Shown: piece by piece, positions 43,273 through 57,125 of the stretch | Layout: each line of letters opens with the position of its first letter | Numbering within the stretch: position 1 is the first letter of the stretch | Assembly: GCA_964016885.1 (NCBI GenBank) | Contig: OZ024741.1 | Location: forward strand, 108,252,001-108,316,000 | DNA length: 64,000 nucleotides | Source: Eledone cirrhosa | Taxonomy: Eukaryota | Direction: 5' to 3' | Notes under the pieces: generated by a model | What the model was told of the DNA's origin: nothing | What the model saw: the letters and a program-made list of their open reading frames with translations, nothing else | The model's database searches: none | Translations under genes and position numbers: made by a program

Positions 43273-43991
43273 CTTTTTTCTCCCCATCAACGAACTCATT
43301 ATTAATACATATCAATTCAATATACAAACTTTAACTTCACATTATTTTTCTCAAATCCTTCTACACACAAACCTTAACAACTTTTCTCTTCGCTAATTTT
43401 GAAATTGCCACAATACATACATTTCTTCTTTTGACGTTAGAATATTCACCCACAATTATTATTTTTTTCACTCTATCTTCATACATAATTTCCCTTCGTT
43501 AATTTTCAAATTCCTTTAATTTATACATTATCTTCCAACGGTTCCCAACCTCTCTATATTAAAACAATATATCTTTTTCTCAGTTATAAAAACTATCTCT
43601 TTCTCTCTATCACCCATCTCTCCCTCTCCACCTTCACTCTCATCTCCTCTCCCCTTTTTTTCATCCTCCCCCCCCTCCCTAAATAAAATATTTTTTCCTC
43701 GCACATATCCTCCCTTCGTTAATTTTCAAAATTTTTAATTTATACAGTATCTTCCAACGGTTTTCAACCCCTCTATGTAAAAAATATATCTCCTCTCAGT
43801 TATAAAAACTATCTCTTTCTCTCTATCACCCATCTCTCCCTCTCATCTCCTTCCCTTTTCATCCTCCCCCCCCTCTCTAAATAAAATATTTTTCCCAATA
43901 TCACACATCAATCTAAAACCACTTTTCATATGTTGATTTAAAACTGCACTATCAACAAGTGTTTTTTTAGCCTTCATATCATGTTCTCCTG

Positions 43992-44058
43992 TTTTATCTG
44001 ATGAAAACACAAATATTATTGCTTGATGATGTTTCTTTTTGAAATGCGCATAATAAAA
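43992..44058 (+). ncRNA. Minimal type I hammerhead, stem III TGCGCA (family F)
   Basis: TTTTAT-CTGATGA-AAACA...TGTTT..-GAAA-TGCGCA-TA-ATAAAA. Confidence 0.8.
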
Positions 44059-44090
44059 TATATGGAACTCCTTTAACCATCTTTTGATCT

Positions 44091-44175
<85 letters not shown>

Positions 44176-44277
44176 GATAATGATGCTGTCAGTGCGCAGA
44201 TGAACCCCCAGAGAAAAAATGCCACAATAAATACAAACAAACACATACACGCACACACACATACACACATAAATATG

Positions 44278-44308
<31 letters not shown>

Positions 44309-44454
44309 GTATGTATGTTTATATTATGTATATATGTGCGTGTATGTCTGTGTCTATGTGTGTGTGTGTTAGTGTGTGTATGCATGTGTTTGGTTGGCAA
44401 ACAAAGATTTGTGCTGAGGGTGCCACTGCAAACCGTCTTCATATGTATATATAT

Positions 44455-44660
44455 GAAGGCACGTGGTTGAGTGGTTAGAAAATTAGTATCGTAATTTTGA
44501 GGTTGCGATTTCGATTCTCGGACTGTGCGATGCGTTATGTCCTTGAGCACGACACTTTATTTCACGCTCCTCCTTCTGCCTGAATTTGCGAGCGACAGAT
44601 AGTATTAGAAATTGCAGAGACTAATGTAAACATTGTTTTTTTGGTCTGATTTGACGAGCT
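44455..44660 (+). mobile_element. tRNA-derived SINE family 2; other copies at 45961-46110 (+) and 47195-47400 (-)
   Basis: A box TGGTTGAGTGG and B-box-like TTTCGATTC, followed by TGTCCTTGAGCAAGACACTTTATTTCA. Confidence 0.8.
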
Positions 44661-44792
44661 CCACCCAACTCGTTAAGCGAATGCGGTCTGGGATAAATAT
44701 ATAGTGAGCCTTGTTACTCTCTGGAATTTCATGTACACAATCATGACAAATTCGGTATTGAGTACTCATTCTTACGCCCGCCAATAATACAT

Positions 44793-45871
<1,079 letters not shown>

Positions 45872-46504
45872 TGGTTACACAACAGTTAGTTCACCATACA
45901 AAGAACAATTTAAATAGAGTTTACAAAAAGCTGCATTTCTTATTATCACTTTATATACACTGAAGCGCATGGCTTACTGGTTAGATCATTGTGCTTGCAA
46001 TCGAAAGGTTGTATGTTCGATTCTCGGACCGGCTGTTGTATTGTGTCCTTGAGCAAGACACTTTATTTCATGTTGCTCCTGTTTACGCAGCTGTAGAAAT
46101 TATTTGCGAAATTCCAGTTGCACGCATCAAAAGACTGGTGTAGTGGTTCTGAGAACAATGCGGCTTTGCAGATGATCACTGCAAATTGACAATGGAAAGA
46201 CGCTCCCGTTCAAGTTAGAAGAGAACTATTGACCTTCAGGAGAATCAGCGACCCCTGAATGTATTCAGCAACCGAAACAAATACAAAGTACACCAAATCC
46301 AATGCTCCTAGAGTCGGCCCTGCTTCTTCTTATTTGCGAGTGTAAACTTGGCCAGATTAGATTACAGTAGATATATACACTCTGAAAATGACAGCCGCCT
46401 TAAACCTGAAGCACAACCAAACGAGAAACGGACCCAGTAACAGAGTACTTCAACCAGCATCGCCGTTAGTAACCACAAGTTACTTACATAAAAACATATA
46501 TATA

Positions 46505-46875
46505 CAATGATATTAAATAAATGGAAACTATATTTATAAAACCATATTTATTCTATTATATATATTTCAAGGGTACCAAAACTTTGGTACGCTCTCTTCA
46601 GATAAAATTAAAATACAAAGTTTGTTTTATAAATATTGACATAACCAGGGAGAGGATCTTAACGGTTCAAGTTATTCCTAGATAGTGAAGGAAAAAAGGG
46701 AAAGAGAAGAAAAGTCAAATATTTCAAATTATTACGATGAGTATGCAAATGAGGTTGAGGTATTGGTTATTTAATATCATTGAATATTATACTCCAAAAA
46801 AACTTGTCGAGTGCTTTGAATCAGTTATAAACATTTATATTTGTTGAATTACCAACAAATAGAATATCCATTTTT

Positions 46876-46878
<3 letters not shown>
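46505..46878 (+). mobile_element. Family G copy; hammerhead 46551-46607 (-), 16-bp mirror 46505-46520 / 46767-46782
   Basis: CTGAAGA..GTACCAA..TTGGTAC..GAAA-TATATA-TA. Tail ACTC-CAA..TTG-TC-GAGT at 46791-46812. Confidence 0.85.
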
Positions 46879-46934
<56 letters not shown>

Positions 46935-46937
<3 letters not shown>

Positions 46938-47131
46938 TGGTTACACAACAGTTAGTTCACCATACAAAGAACAATTGTTTCACCTGAGCAGTTACCGAGC
47001 TGAGGATCCGCTAAGTTGAAAGAATTGTTCTTGGTATGGTGAACTAACTGATGTGTAACCACTTCTACCTAACTCGTCCCATGGACTGAGTGCTCTACCA
47101 CTACGGATATTACCTTCCAGTGTTCTACCAC
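46935..47131 (+). mobile_element. PLE mini-element family H: palindrome 46935-47064 plus tail; arm-only copy at 45869-45910
   Basis: CCGAG-CTGAGGA-...-GAAA-(C/G)AATTG-TT-CTTGG (46995-47034). Tail ACTC-GTCC-cat-GGAC-T-GAGT-GCTC. Confidence 0.75.
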
Positions 47132-48489
47132 TATATATATATATATATATATAAATATATATATATATTTTTTTTTTTTTGAGGAACGATCGACTTTCGT
47201 CAAATCGGACCGAGGGAACAATGTTTCCGTTGGTCTTTCCAATTACTAATACTATCTATCGGTCGCAACTCCAGGTAGAAGGAGCAACGTGAAATAAAGT
47301 GTCTTGCTCAAGGACATAACGCATCGCCTGGTCCAGGAATCGAACTCACAACCTTACGATTGCGAATCCAATTCTCTAACCACTCAGCTACACGCCTTCA
47401 GTACAATATATATATTGTACTGTGTCGTTTGTTTGCTATCTTTGTTATTTCTGTTTACTTTTTACATTTATATATATATGTGTGTGCGTGTGTTTTTGTG
47501 TGTGTATACACGCTTCACTATTGAGTGCATGTCTGCGTGTATTAATATTTCTATAAAGGTGAATTGGGCTATAGAATCCTGGCCACGGACGGAGTGCCAT
47601 CGATCAGATCAGATTTTCGCGATGATGTCTGACCTGTGATGATAAATAAATAAATATTAAGCAGGAAAAAATAAATGAAATAAATATACAGAAACTTTAA
47701 AGTTTCCATATCGCTTCCATATTGATTTTTCTTGTAATATATTTTGCTCATATATAACATTGAGAATCACATCAGCTGACTGATTTACTAATAATAGGAG
47801 CAAAACTGAGTAAATGTTTCGGTCAGTCTAGACAATGCGGCTGCCGTCTCTCGAGATACAAAATACGGGATCGATTTCTTTAGCTCGCTTTAAACCTGAA
47901 CCTATTCTGTTGTTATTAACGTTGTTATTGTTGTTGTTGGTGGTGGTGGTGGTGGTCGTCGTATAGGTGGTGTTGTTGTATTTCTGAATCATTGTATTAG
48001 TGTTGTTATTTGGTAATCTTGCTGCTGTCATCAATAATAGATACACATACAGACATGCGTATATACATACATACATCTGTCCATACATAGATACGTACAT
48101 ACATAAAAACATACATAGATGCGTTTATACACGCATGTATATATATATATATATATATACACTGTAATAACATAATATATATACAATCTGTAATTATATA
48201 TATATATATACATAATGTATGTATGTCTATATTATATAAGTGTGTGTGCGTATCTGTGTCTGTGTGTGTCTGAGTCTATGTGTGTGTATGTGCGTGCTAG
48301 TCTGCATGGTAAACACAGATTTGTGTTGAGGGTGTCTCTTCCACCGCGACAGCAGAGCTACTTCGGGCCTTCGCTTCGATGTAGGCAGCGAATCTCTTGC
48401 ACAACAGCACAATTTTAGGTTAGTCTTATGTTGTGACTCCGTCCAGCTTAATAGCATGGAACTATCTGTTTTGTTTTATGAACCTGAGT

Positions 48490-49270
48490 GAGAGGTCGGC
48501 GTCCCCGTCAATGTGTCAGGCACACCATTCATCTTCTCTTTTGTTCAAGTTATTCTCAGCTGCCTCCTATCATGCCCTTGAAAAGTGTCTCCTTTTCTTT
48601 GCCACCTGATTAATGTCCTTGAGTAGCACAACAGCCCTTGTTTTGACAAATACTCTGACGCCTACATCTAAAGGGAAACAGGTTGCCTCTCATCCACAGG
48701 TTTCACAGAGTTCAACCAACTCACTGTACTCCATGTTGAATGCATCATCCATGTTCACCTCCCATCCATGTTCAGCTTCACTATATTTGCCACCTCCCTA
48801 CCCTTACACCACAAGACGAATGCGAGTTTTTTGGCGGTAAACATGGGAAATCGGTATCTGCCGTTCAAATCAACTGAGACGTCCCAGATCTCCTCCCATT
48901 TTGGGTTGGTCTGGTTTCTTACAGTTTTCTCCTTCTTTCCAAAATTCATCCACCCTTTTCTCCATTACTTGTGATAGCTTGTCGATGTTCATCCCTTTCA
49001 CCTTCATTCGTCTGCATCAGTCAGTATTATAAGCACCTGGCTAGACTGCCTTGAATATCTGTTTTCAGGTTTTTTGGGGAAACTGGAGAGTATGTGTCTC
49101 ATTTTTGCAGCTTTCCGGCATTTGCAAAGCAAATCTCTTCTATTTTCCAACGTTTTTAGTTTGTAGGCTAGGAAGCCTATCATAAACAGAGAGAAACATA
49201 AAATTGGTTTCTGGCTGGCCTCCATGTCGTTAGTACGACTTCATATAACATCGGTGACCATTGCAGTCTG
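48490..49270 (-). mobile_element. Degenerate Hero/R2-like non-LTR retrotransposon C-terminus (CCHC finger plus restriction-like endonuclease)
   Basis: LCKC..A.MRHILSS....RY.R..QVL; W...VDL...FP.....VLW.....IV.L; Y.ELV..C..G*.A..FPLDVG.R.F. Confidence 0.7.
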
Positions 49271-49856
49271 TGGTATCTTTCAAACTGTATGCACCAGAGC
49301 TTGTTTGTTTCCAGTTTAATCTATCACCGGCCATCATCGGCCATCTTCTGGATTCTTAGTCCCTTGTTCCTACTATTTATTACTATTACACTCCTTCGAA
49401 ACCTCAACGATATATATTTAAGTATGGAACTAATTTTTCTAAAACGGCATTCGCTTTGTTTCGTTCCTGAAAAACTGCTTCTCATAATATATATATCCAC
49501 AATTAAACACCTCACATGAAATAATTGTTTCTACTTTAGGCACAAGGCCAGCAATTACCCAGTGCATTGCTGGTACTTTATTTTATCGACCCTGTAAGGA
49601 TGAAATAATATACGCTAATTTTACCCCACATTAAAACAAATGCGTATATATTAAACTCTTCGCGGTGTTTATCACTTTCTACGCTGTTAAAGTACACTTT
49701 TAGCATATCTTCCGGCGAAGTAATCCTGGTTACTTAAGGACTTCTGTTAATTCATTTGTAACTCTTTCTGTATATATATTGATGTTGTCTCCACTTCTAT
49801 TATTGATTTGTTAATTTATTGATCTGTATATATAACCTGATTTTCTATGTGAAGAA

Positions 49857-50021
49857 ACTCTGATGATACCGATTTTGAGCCTATTCCCGATGGTCAAACT
49901 ATAAAATCATTAGGGAATTTTAGATAAAGATTATTTTTTCTTAAGAAAATTCTAAAATTTCTGATTTTATAATCTCACATCCTCGGGATGAATCTCTCTA
50001 TCGGTTGAAACATTTGTTAGT
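49857..50021 (+). ncRNA. Type I hammerhead with a ~140-nt extended stem II
   Basis: ACT-CTGATGA-t-ACCGAT...TCCCGA...TATAAAATCA..AATTTTAGA / TCTAAAATT..TGATTTTATA...TCGGGA...ATCGGT-t-GAAA-CATTTG-TT-AGT. Confidence 0.7.
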
Positions 50022-50074
50022 ATGATGGCATATTGACACTTTACTGTTTCTTATTCTTTATATATATATATACA

Positions 50075-50214
<140 letters not shown>

Positions 50215-50265
50215 TATGCGTGTGTATGTATATATATATATATGTGTGTGTGTGTGTATATATAT

Positions 50266-50461
50266 GAAAAGAGTCAGCACTCCGACGGCTGAACTCTGGC
50301 CTCTTCGACAGCTTAATCTGTCCGGATCTAGCTCTCGAAACGGCCGAGGCGCAGCACGGGTGTCCTGTCCTTACTCTTATCATATTACCCTCTCTACTAC
50401 CCTAGGTGTCGAATAATCTGGTGTGTTATAGTCCATCTAGTAGCTTACCACACCTTTTTTG

Positions 50462-50463
<2 letters not shown>
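50266..50463 (+). mobile_element. Diverged family A relative
   Basis: CCGACGGCTGAACTC..TCGAAACGGCC.. plus tail TATTACCCTCTCTACTACCCTAGGTGTCGAATA. Confidence 0.65.
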
Positions 50464-50510
<47 letters not shown>

Positions 50511-50761
50511 CATATATATATACAAATGTTTGTGTGTGTGTAACTTGCAAGTATATGTGCGTGCATGTGTGTGCGTATTTGGTTACATCAATTTATTTCT
50601 ATCCAAAATTATGTACAGCTGTCCGCTAGTATTTTCCCTGTAGACATACATTGAATGAACTATGATAAGATGCTACAGAAAAGAAAAATGTAACTAATCA
50701 GTTCCATAAGTATTTCTGAATTCAGAGTTACACAAATAAACAGACATATATATATATATAT

Positions 50762-50937
50762 AGTTTTAATATAGATGAGATTCTACATGACTAGAACTGT
50801 TTCATTCATTAGAAATCATCTAATGAATGAAACAGTTCTAGTCCTGTAGAATCTCATCTGTATTTAAACTTTTATACTCTGCAATGTATTGAGTACCTTA
50901 CTTACTGTGGTTACCACCGATTCAACCCGGAATAACG
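50762..50937 (+). mobile_element. Family B copy: palindrome 50762-50870 folded in hammerhead stem II, plus tail
   Basis: GAATGAAACAGTTCTAGTCCTGTAGAATC. Tail ACTC-TGCA-a-TGTA-TT-GAGT at 50876-50894. Confidence 0.8.
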
Positions 50938-51093
50938 TATATATATATATATATATATAAATGTAAGTATGTATGTATACGTACATACATATATGTATAC
51001 AGACGTACAGTAGTATGTATATATATACATACATTTAAGTAAGTACCGTACTAAGAGTGAGAAATGAAATTTCGTTTCATTCTATTCCATTTA

Positions 51094-51250
<157 letters not shown>

Positions 51251-51389
51251 TTATATATATATGTATATATGTATATCTATATCTATATATATGTATATAT
51301 CTCTCTCTCTCTATATATATCTATATATCTATATATATATATATATATATTTATGTATGTATCTATATATATATATATATATGTATATA

Positions 51390-51449
<60 letters not shown>

Positions 51450-51806
51450 TATGTATATATATGTTTATATATGTATATATGTGTAGGGGTTTATATATAA
51501 ATTGTATGAGTCAAAACTAGTAGTCAAATATTGAAGCGGTTTTATGCGTCAGTTCATAATTTTGTCATAGTTTTCTATCGGACGTTTTTTGTACGACGCC
51601 ATTTCCTATTCTCTATCTATCTCCTTCTCTCGTTTTGTTACTATATATATATCTATGCCCTCCCTCCTGTCTCTCTCGCCCTCTCTCTCACCCTCTCTCT
51701 TTTTTCTGTTTCTCTCTACCCACACACAAAGATACATATTTAGATAGTTAGATAGATATACACATCTATATACATATTTATATATATATACTGTATACTC
51801 TATACT

Positions 51807-51956
<150 letters not shown>

Positions 51957-52989
51957 GATCATACATAAAAATATATGTGTATGTTTCAATCTATCTATGT
52001 AAAATCATAAATGAGTCACAGCATTTCTCACACTCAAATGTGACCAGAACATACATGTTATTTCCTGTCAAGACAATGGCGGTTGTGAGGGGTCGGTGAA
52101 TTAGTTATATCGTGTTTTGGGGGGTTTTTTGTCCGATTACCACTAATTCGTGTTCATAGCTATCAGATAAATATATCCATATGATGACCGTGCATGTAAG
52201 TACATATATATGGAAGGAAAATATTAGTTTAACGCTTGAAATAGCAGGAAGAGAGTCTTAAAATTTCCGACACTAGTTCTTCATCAGAAGAAAGAATGAG
52301 AAATTAAAGAAGAAATACAGATGGGCAGAGCGGAAAACTTAAAAACAAATTAGAGATAAATAACAGCTCCATTCATGCTGCAATTTCTTGAAAAAGTGTT
52401 GATGCTGGCATTTTGTGCATGATAGGCTTTTTTGGAAAAGGTGATAATGGAGCGCGTCTATCTGAAATGGAAAATAACCGTATTGTATAAAGAGCTGTAC
52501 CTGTGTGCGTGCGTATACGTGTGTGCGTATACGTGTGTGTTATTATAGGTCCGTGCGGAGTTAAGAGATTATGTGTTGGGATATGTAAGTAAAAGAGTAT
52601 GTGCGTGTGTGTGTTTGTAACTCTGAAGCCGTGAGCAAAAGTATGTGTATATAAGTCTGTGTGTGTGTGTGTGTATATATATATATACCATGATATTAAA
52701 TAAATGGAAACTATATTTATAAAACCATATTTATTTTATTATATATACGTATGAATTTATTTAGTTCTTGTAAAAATCGCCTAAATTCAACGTTTAGAAC
52801 TATATAGAGATTATAATTACACTTATAATATTTCTACTTATTTCCATATATTGTTTGCGTTAATTTCACTTCTTATAATTTCACTTATTAAATTTTCTTA
52901 AATTATATAGATATATATCGTAAATTTTTAAATTTTAACTTTAATTTTAATATATTTTAATTTTAATATATTTTCAGGTTTTTTAATTC

Positions 52990-53495
52990 TTTACTTTTTA
53001 TTTTTATTTTTTACTTCTTAAATCTTTTATTTTTATTTTTTATTTTTTATTTTTTTATTTTTTATTTTTTATTTTTTATTTTTTATTTTTTATTTTTTAT
53101 TTTTTATTTTTTATTTTTTATTTTTTATTTTTTATTTTTTATTTTTTATTTTTTATTTTTTATTTTTTATTTTTTATTTTTTATTTTTTATTTTTTATTT
53201 TTTATTTTTTATTTTTTATTTTTTATTTTTTATTTTTTATTTTTTATTTTTTATTTTTTATTTTTTATTTTTTATTTTTTATTTTTTATTTTTTATTTTT
53301 TATTTTTTATTTTTTATTTTTTATTTTTTATTTTTTATTTTTTATTTTTTATTTTTTATTTTTTATTTTTTATTTTATATTTTATTTTTTTTATTTTTTA
53401 TTCTTTATTTTTTTATTTTTTATTTTTTTTTTTATTTTTTTTTTTTTTTTTTTTTTTTTTTATTTTTTATTTTTTTTTTATTTTTTATTTTTTAT

Positions 53496-53528
<33 letters not shown>

Positions 53529-53945
53529 ATTTTTTATTTTTTATTTTTTATTTTTTATTTTTCATTTTTCATTTTTCATTTTTCATTTTTTATTTTTTAT
53601 TTTTTATTTTATTTTTTATTTTTTATTTTTTATTTTTTATTTTTTATTTTTTATTTTTTATTTTTTATTTTTTATACTTTATTTTTTATTTTTTATTTTT
53701 TATTTTTTATTTTTTATTTTTTATTTTTTATTTTTTATTTTTTATCTTTATTTATTTTTTATTTTTTATTTATTTTTTATTTTTTATTTTTAATTTTTAA
53801 TTTTTTATTTTTTATTATTTTTTATTTTTTATTTTTTATTTTTTATTTTTTTATTATTTTTTTTTATTTTTTTTTAAATTTTTTTTTATTTTTTTTAATT
53901 TTTTTTTTTAAATTTTTTTTTTTTTTTATTATTATTTTTTACTTC
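52990..53945. repeat. (TTTTTTA)n heptamer array
   Basis: Read directly; degenerate toward the 3' end. Confidence 0.95.
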
Positions 53946-54839
53946 TAAAATATTTCATATATTTTAAAAATTACTTATTTTTTTAAAATTACTTTTTTTT
54001 TAAAAATCTACTTATAAAATAATTTTTATAATTAAAAAATTTTTTTTTATGGTTTTTAAAATTTTTTTTAATGTTTAAGTTCCTGAAAAAACACACATCT
54101 GGCGAGGAATCACAACATATTCATATCTACCAAAGAGGTTATACATATCCACTATCTTTATAACCTCTTCAGTAGATATGAATATGTTGTGACTCCTCGC
54201 CAGATGTGTGTTTTTTAGGGACTTAACCATTTTTGTTATGTCATTTGCTTTAGCCTGATCATGCAATAACCCTGCTTTGCTTGTGTTTGGCCTGTATTTA
54301 TTTATGTGGTGCATGTATATATACAGGTATAGCACCCATGGTCCACATAATTCCGTAACCTAGTAATATACCTTGATTATGTATACAATGGGGAGGAATA
54401 AATCCAAATTGGAATTTCTGAAGGTACTTTGGGAGCCTTTTAGTATTTCTATAACTCTAAGTTATGGAGAACTAAATCACCTGTTATATATATAGTGACC
54501 AACGCATATCTTCTGTTTTTTTGTGTGCTTTAAAAACTTTCTTTTTTCTTTTAAACATTTTTTTTTATCTCTTTATATTATTATTTTCCTTTTACTTTAT
54601 TATTATATATTTTAACTATTGTTTATATTTTTTTTGTTTTTGTGTGCCTTCACGTGCTTCTGCATCTTGTGAAAAAATCTGCCTGTACCATTGCATTTAG
54701 CTGAATAACAACTCCACTATGCACTCTTTCAATACTGGCTATTCCCGATCTCCCTCTTGTTGCCCTCTATTGTATTTCTAATGTTCATGTGACGAAGCTC
54801 GGTAGAGCTTATACTCAGCATTGTAATTTTATTTTTAAA

Positions 54840-54884
54840 GCTCTGATGATTCCTGTCCAATGGTATGGATGAAACATTGTTAGC
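54840..54884 (+). ncRNA. Minimal hammerhead of a family D relative (D', element roughly 52750-55040)
   Basis: GCT-CTGATGA-t-TCC...GGA-t-GAAA-CATTG-TT-AGC-AAATAAA. Downstream TATAACGGCTCTGT..TACATTGAG parallels the family D tail. Confidence 0.7.
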
Positions 54885-55294
54885 AAATAAAAATTGTATG
54901 AGTATGTAGGCGTTCGTTGATTTCTTTTACATATAACGGCTCTGTTCTTTTACATTGAGCTTATACAATACTGTCATAAATACGACATGGTGCAGGTACG
55001 TTTATACGCACACGCTCAGTGGTCTAAGTTTTTATAAAAAAATATATATATATATATATAAATTTACTATGAAAAATAGTCTAACAAATAGTCTAACAGT
55101 CCTCGCCCTTGGGGCGCTGACATTTGCCTTACGTCCGACGGCAGTGCTATTGATTGAACCAAAGCGAGGCTGACGAAATTCTCCGTTGTTTTAATGTATT
55201 CATCAACCGAATACATTGTAAACAATGATCTTCGTATCTGGATATATAGAATAAATAAATAACCAAGTTTCAATACACTAACACATTATTTAAT

Positions 55295-55366
55295 TGATTT
55301 ACACGTGTTTCCTTCAAATATCAGGGGGCAACATTTAATTCCTCTGTAGAGAAATCGTCAGAATCA
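55295..55366 (-). ncRNA. Complete minimal type I hammerhead, stem III CACGTG (family S)
   Basis: TGATT-CTGACGA-tTTC..CAGaGG...CCcCTG..GAAg-GAAA-CACGTG-TA-AATCA. A long downstream hairpin at 55180-55228 ends in GAG. Confidence 0.8.
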
Positions 55367-56039
55367 CTAGATAGTATAGAAAAGATATTTATTTACAGAC
55401 AGCATGTTATCGCCACGTCAGAAAGAAGTATTTGAAAAACGTACACAAATTTTATATATTTTATGAAAAGTGTTAAGAATTATGGAAGGCTATGTATGTA
55501 CAGAAAAATTCGACTGCACAAAATATCTAGTTGTTCGGTTGAGTAGTTTATTTAATACTCGTACTTTGACTTGAATATACATCATAGGAGTCAAATTAGG
55601 GCTTCTAAACTTAATAACATTTATTCCTTAAAGTTACAATCAATCAAAATTAAATTCTGAGTATAGAGTATTTGAAAAAAAAAAACAATATAAAAATTAT
55701 GGAAATTTATATTTGCTATAATGTATCAATTAGTGAGATAATGTAATTCTTAAGAACTATTTACCTAGCGGTTAGGACTATTTTTATCAAATTGTGTACA
55801 TGTACTCATCTGCGTGCACACAGACATAAATACACGAATACACGTACGGGAACATGTGTGCACACAGTTACAACTGCACCTATAATTCACATTAGTTATG
55901 TAATATCTGTGGACATTATTCAACTTGATACTGTAGTAGATCCTCAGTGGTGGTAGAATGAACCTCAATAAGAATATAGGGAGCTGGAGATGAGAAGTGT
56001 GTGGTCGCGAAATACTTTCTAAATCTGGGTACAACACTC

Positions 56040-56785
56040 ATCTAAAATCACATGAAAGACCAACTGTATGCAGCCTTATCTCTCCAATACTAAGTGCGAT
56101 AACATAAATGGTGGGCAGAAAAATCAGAGAATCAATTCTTGATCTTAAGAGGCGTATGAGAGTACATAAGGATGTCATCCTACAACAAGTCTCAATCAAT
56201 GCAATAGAGAGCACATCTTTTGTTTATCACATTTGCTGCAGACCGTGCAAATCTGCAGCTAGACATAAAGGCCACCTAAGAGGTAATGAACGGACGTTTG
56301 GGGGTGGTGATGGAATTAGGGGTTTACTGAAGGACAGCAATCATCTATGTATGCATGTATGTATGTATGTTGATCAGGGACTTTCTTTACGCCGACGACG
56401 CTGAATTCCTAGTACACACAGAAGCTGACATTCAAGACATTATGGACCGTTTTCCATCCTCGTGTAAAGCATGTGGGCTAATAATCAGCCTTAAAAAGGT
56501 CAGAGTAATGTTTACTCCTGCTCCTGGAGAACCATATACTGAACCCAATATCATGGTTGACGGAACCAGGTTAAGAGTAGTAGATAAATTTTCCTATTGC
56601 GTAGCACAGACTCAAATGGTGGCTACTTGGAGGCTGAAATTATTCTGACCGTTCAGAAGGACTCTAGTGCCTACGGAAAATTGGAAAAGATAGTTTGGGC
56701 AATCCCAACAATACCAAGGTGTGTGTGTATAGATCGTGTGTCCTGTCTCCTCTTTTCCATTCCATCGAAACCTAGACGCTTCAAA
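56040..56785 (+). mobile_element. RTE LINE fragments: 3' end with decayed C2H2 finger and (ATGT)n tail (56040-56369), then RT core (56370-56785)
   Basis: ICCRPCKS.A...HLR; LIRDFLYADDA...HTEADIQ.IMDRF..SC...GL.ISLKK..VM...V.KF.Y. Confidence 0.85.
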
Positions 56786-56810
56786 TGTATGTATGTATGT
56801 ATGTATGTAT

Positions 56811-57039
56811 GTGTCGGGTCACTTTTGAGTGCTACTGGTAACATGTAACCCAGCACAACCTGTCGCATGGTTGGGTCGTCGGCGACTAAACCGGAAACCC
56901 CACCAAGTGTACTTGGTGAGGAGGGTGATTTTGGAAACCCTGCAGGACAAAAAATAAAACATGACAAAGGGCGGAAGAACTCATAAGAGTCAACGGCCAT
57001 CCAAAAATGTGTAAATATGTATATACATGTATGTCTATG

Positions 57040-57125
<86 letters not shown>

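Larger units (their letters stand above)
41803..44098 (-). mobile_element. PLE family F: tail 41803-41887, ~830-bp inverted arms (41888-42720 / 43274-44098), GIY-YIG C-terminus between
   Basis: Near-identical arms. Hammerheads at 41928-41994 (-) and 43992-44058 (+). Internal ~190-bp tandem duplication. Flanked by (TA)n. Confidence 0.9.

Noticed and set aside
55170-55240. Plus-strand CTGACGA followed by a long hairpin
   Set aside because: No GAAA follows; the hairpin is better explained as the tail of the minus-strand family S element.
56815-56897. Possible HDV-like ribozyme at the 5' end of the retroposon
   Set aside because: P4-C-TAA and a P2-like pairing can be drawn, but P1/P3 do not fit the required nested order.
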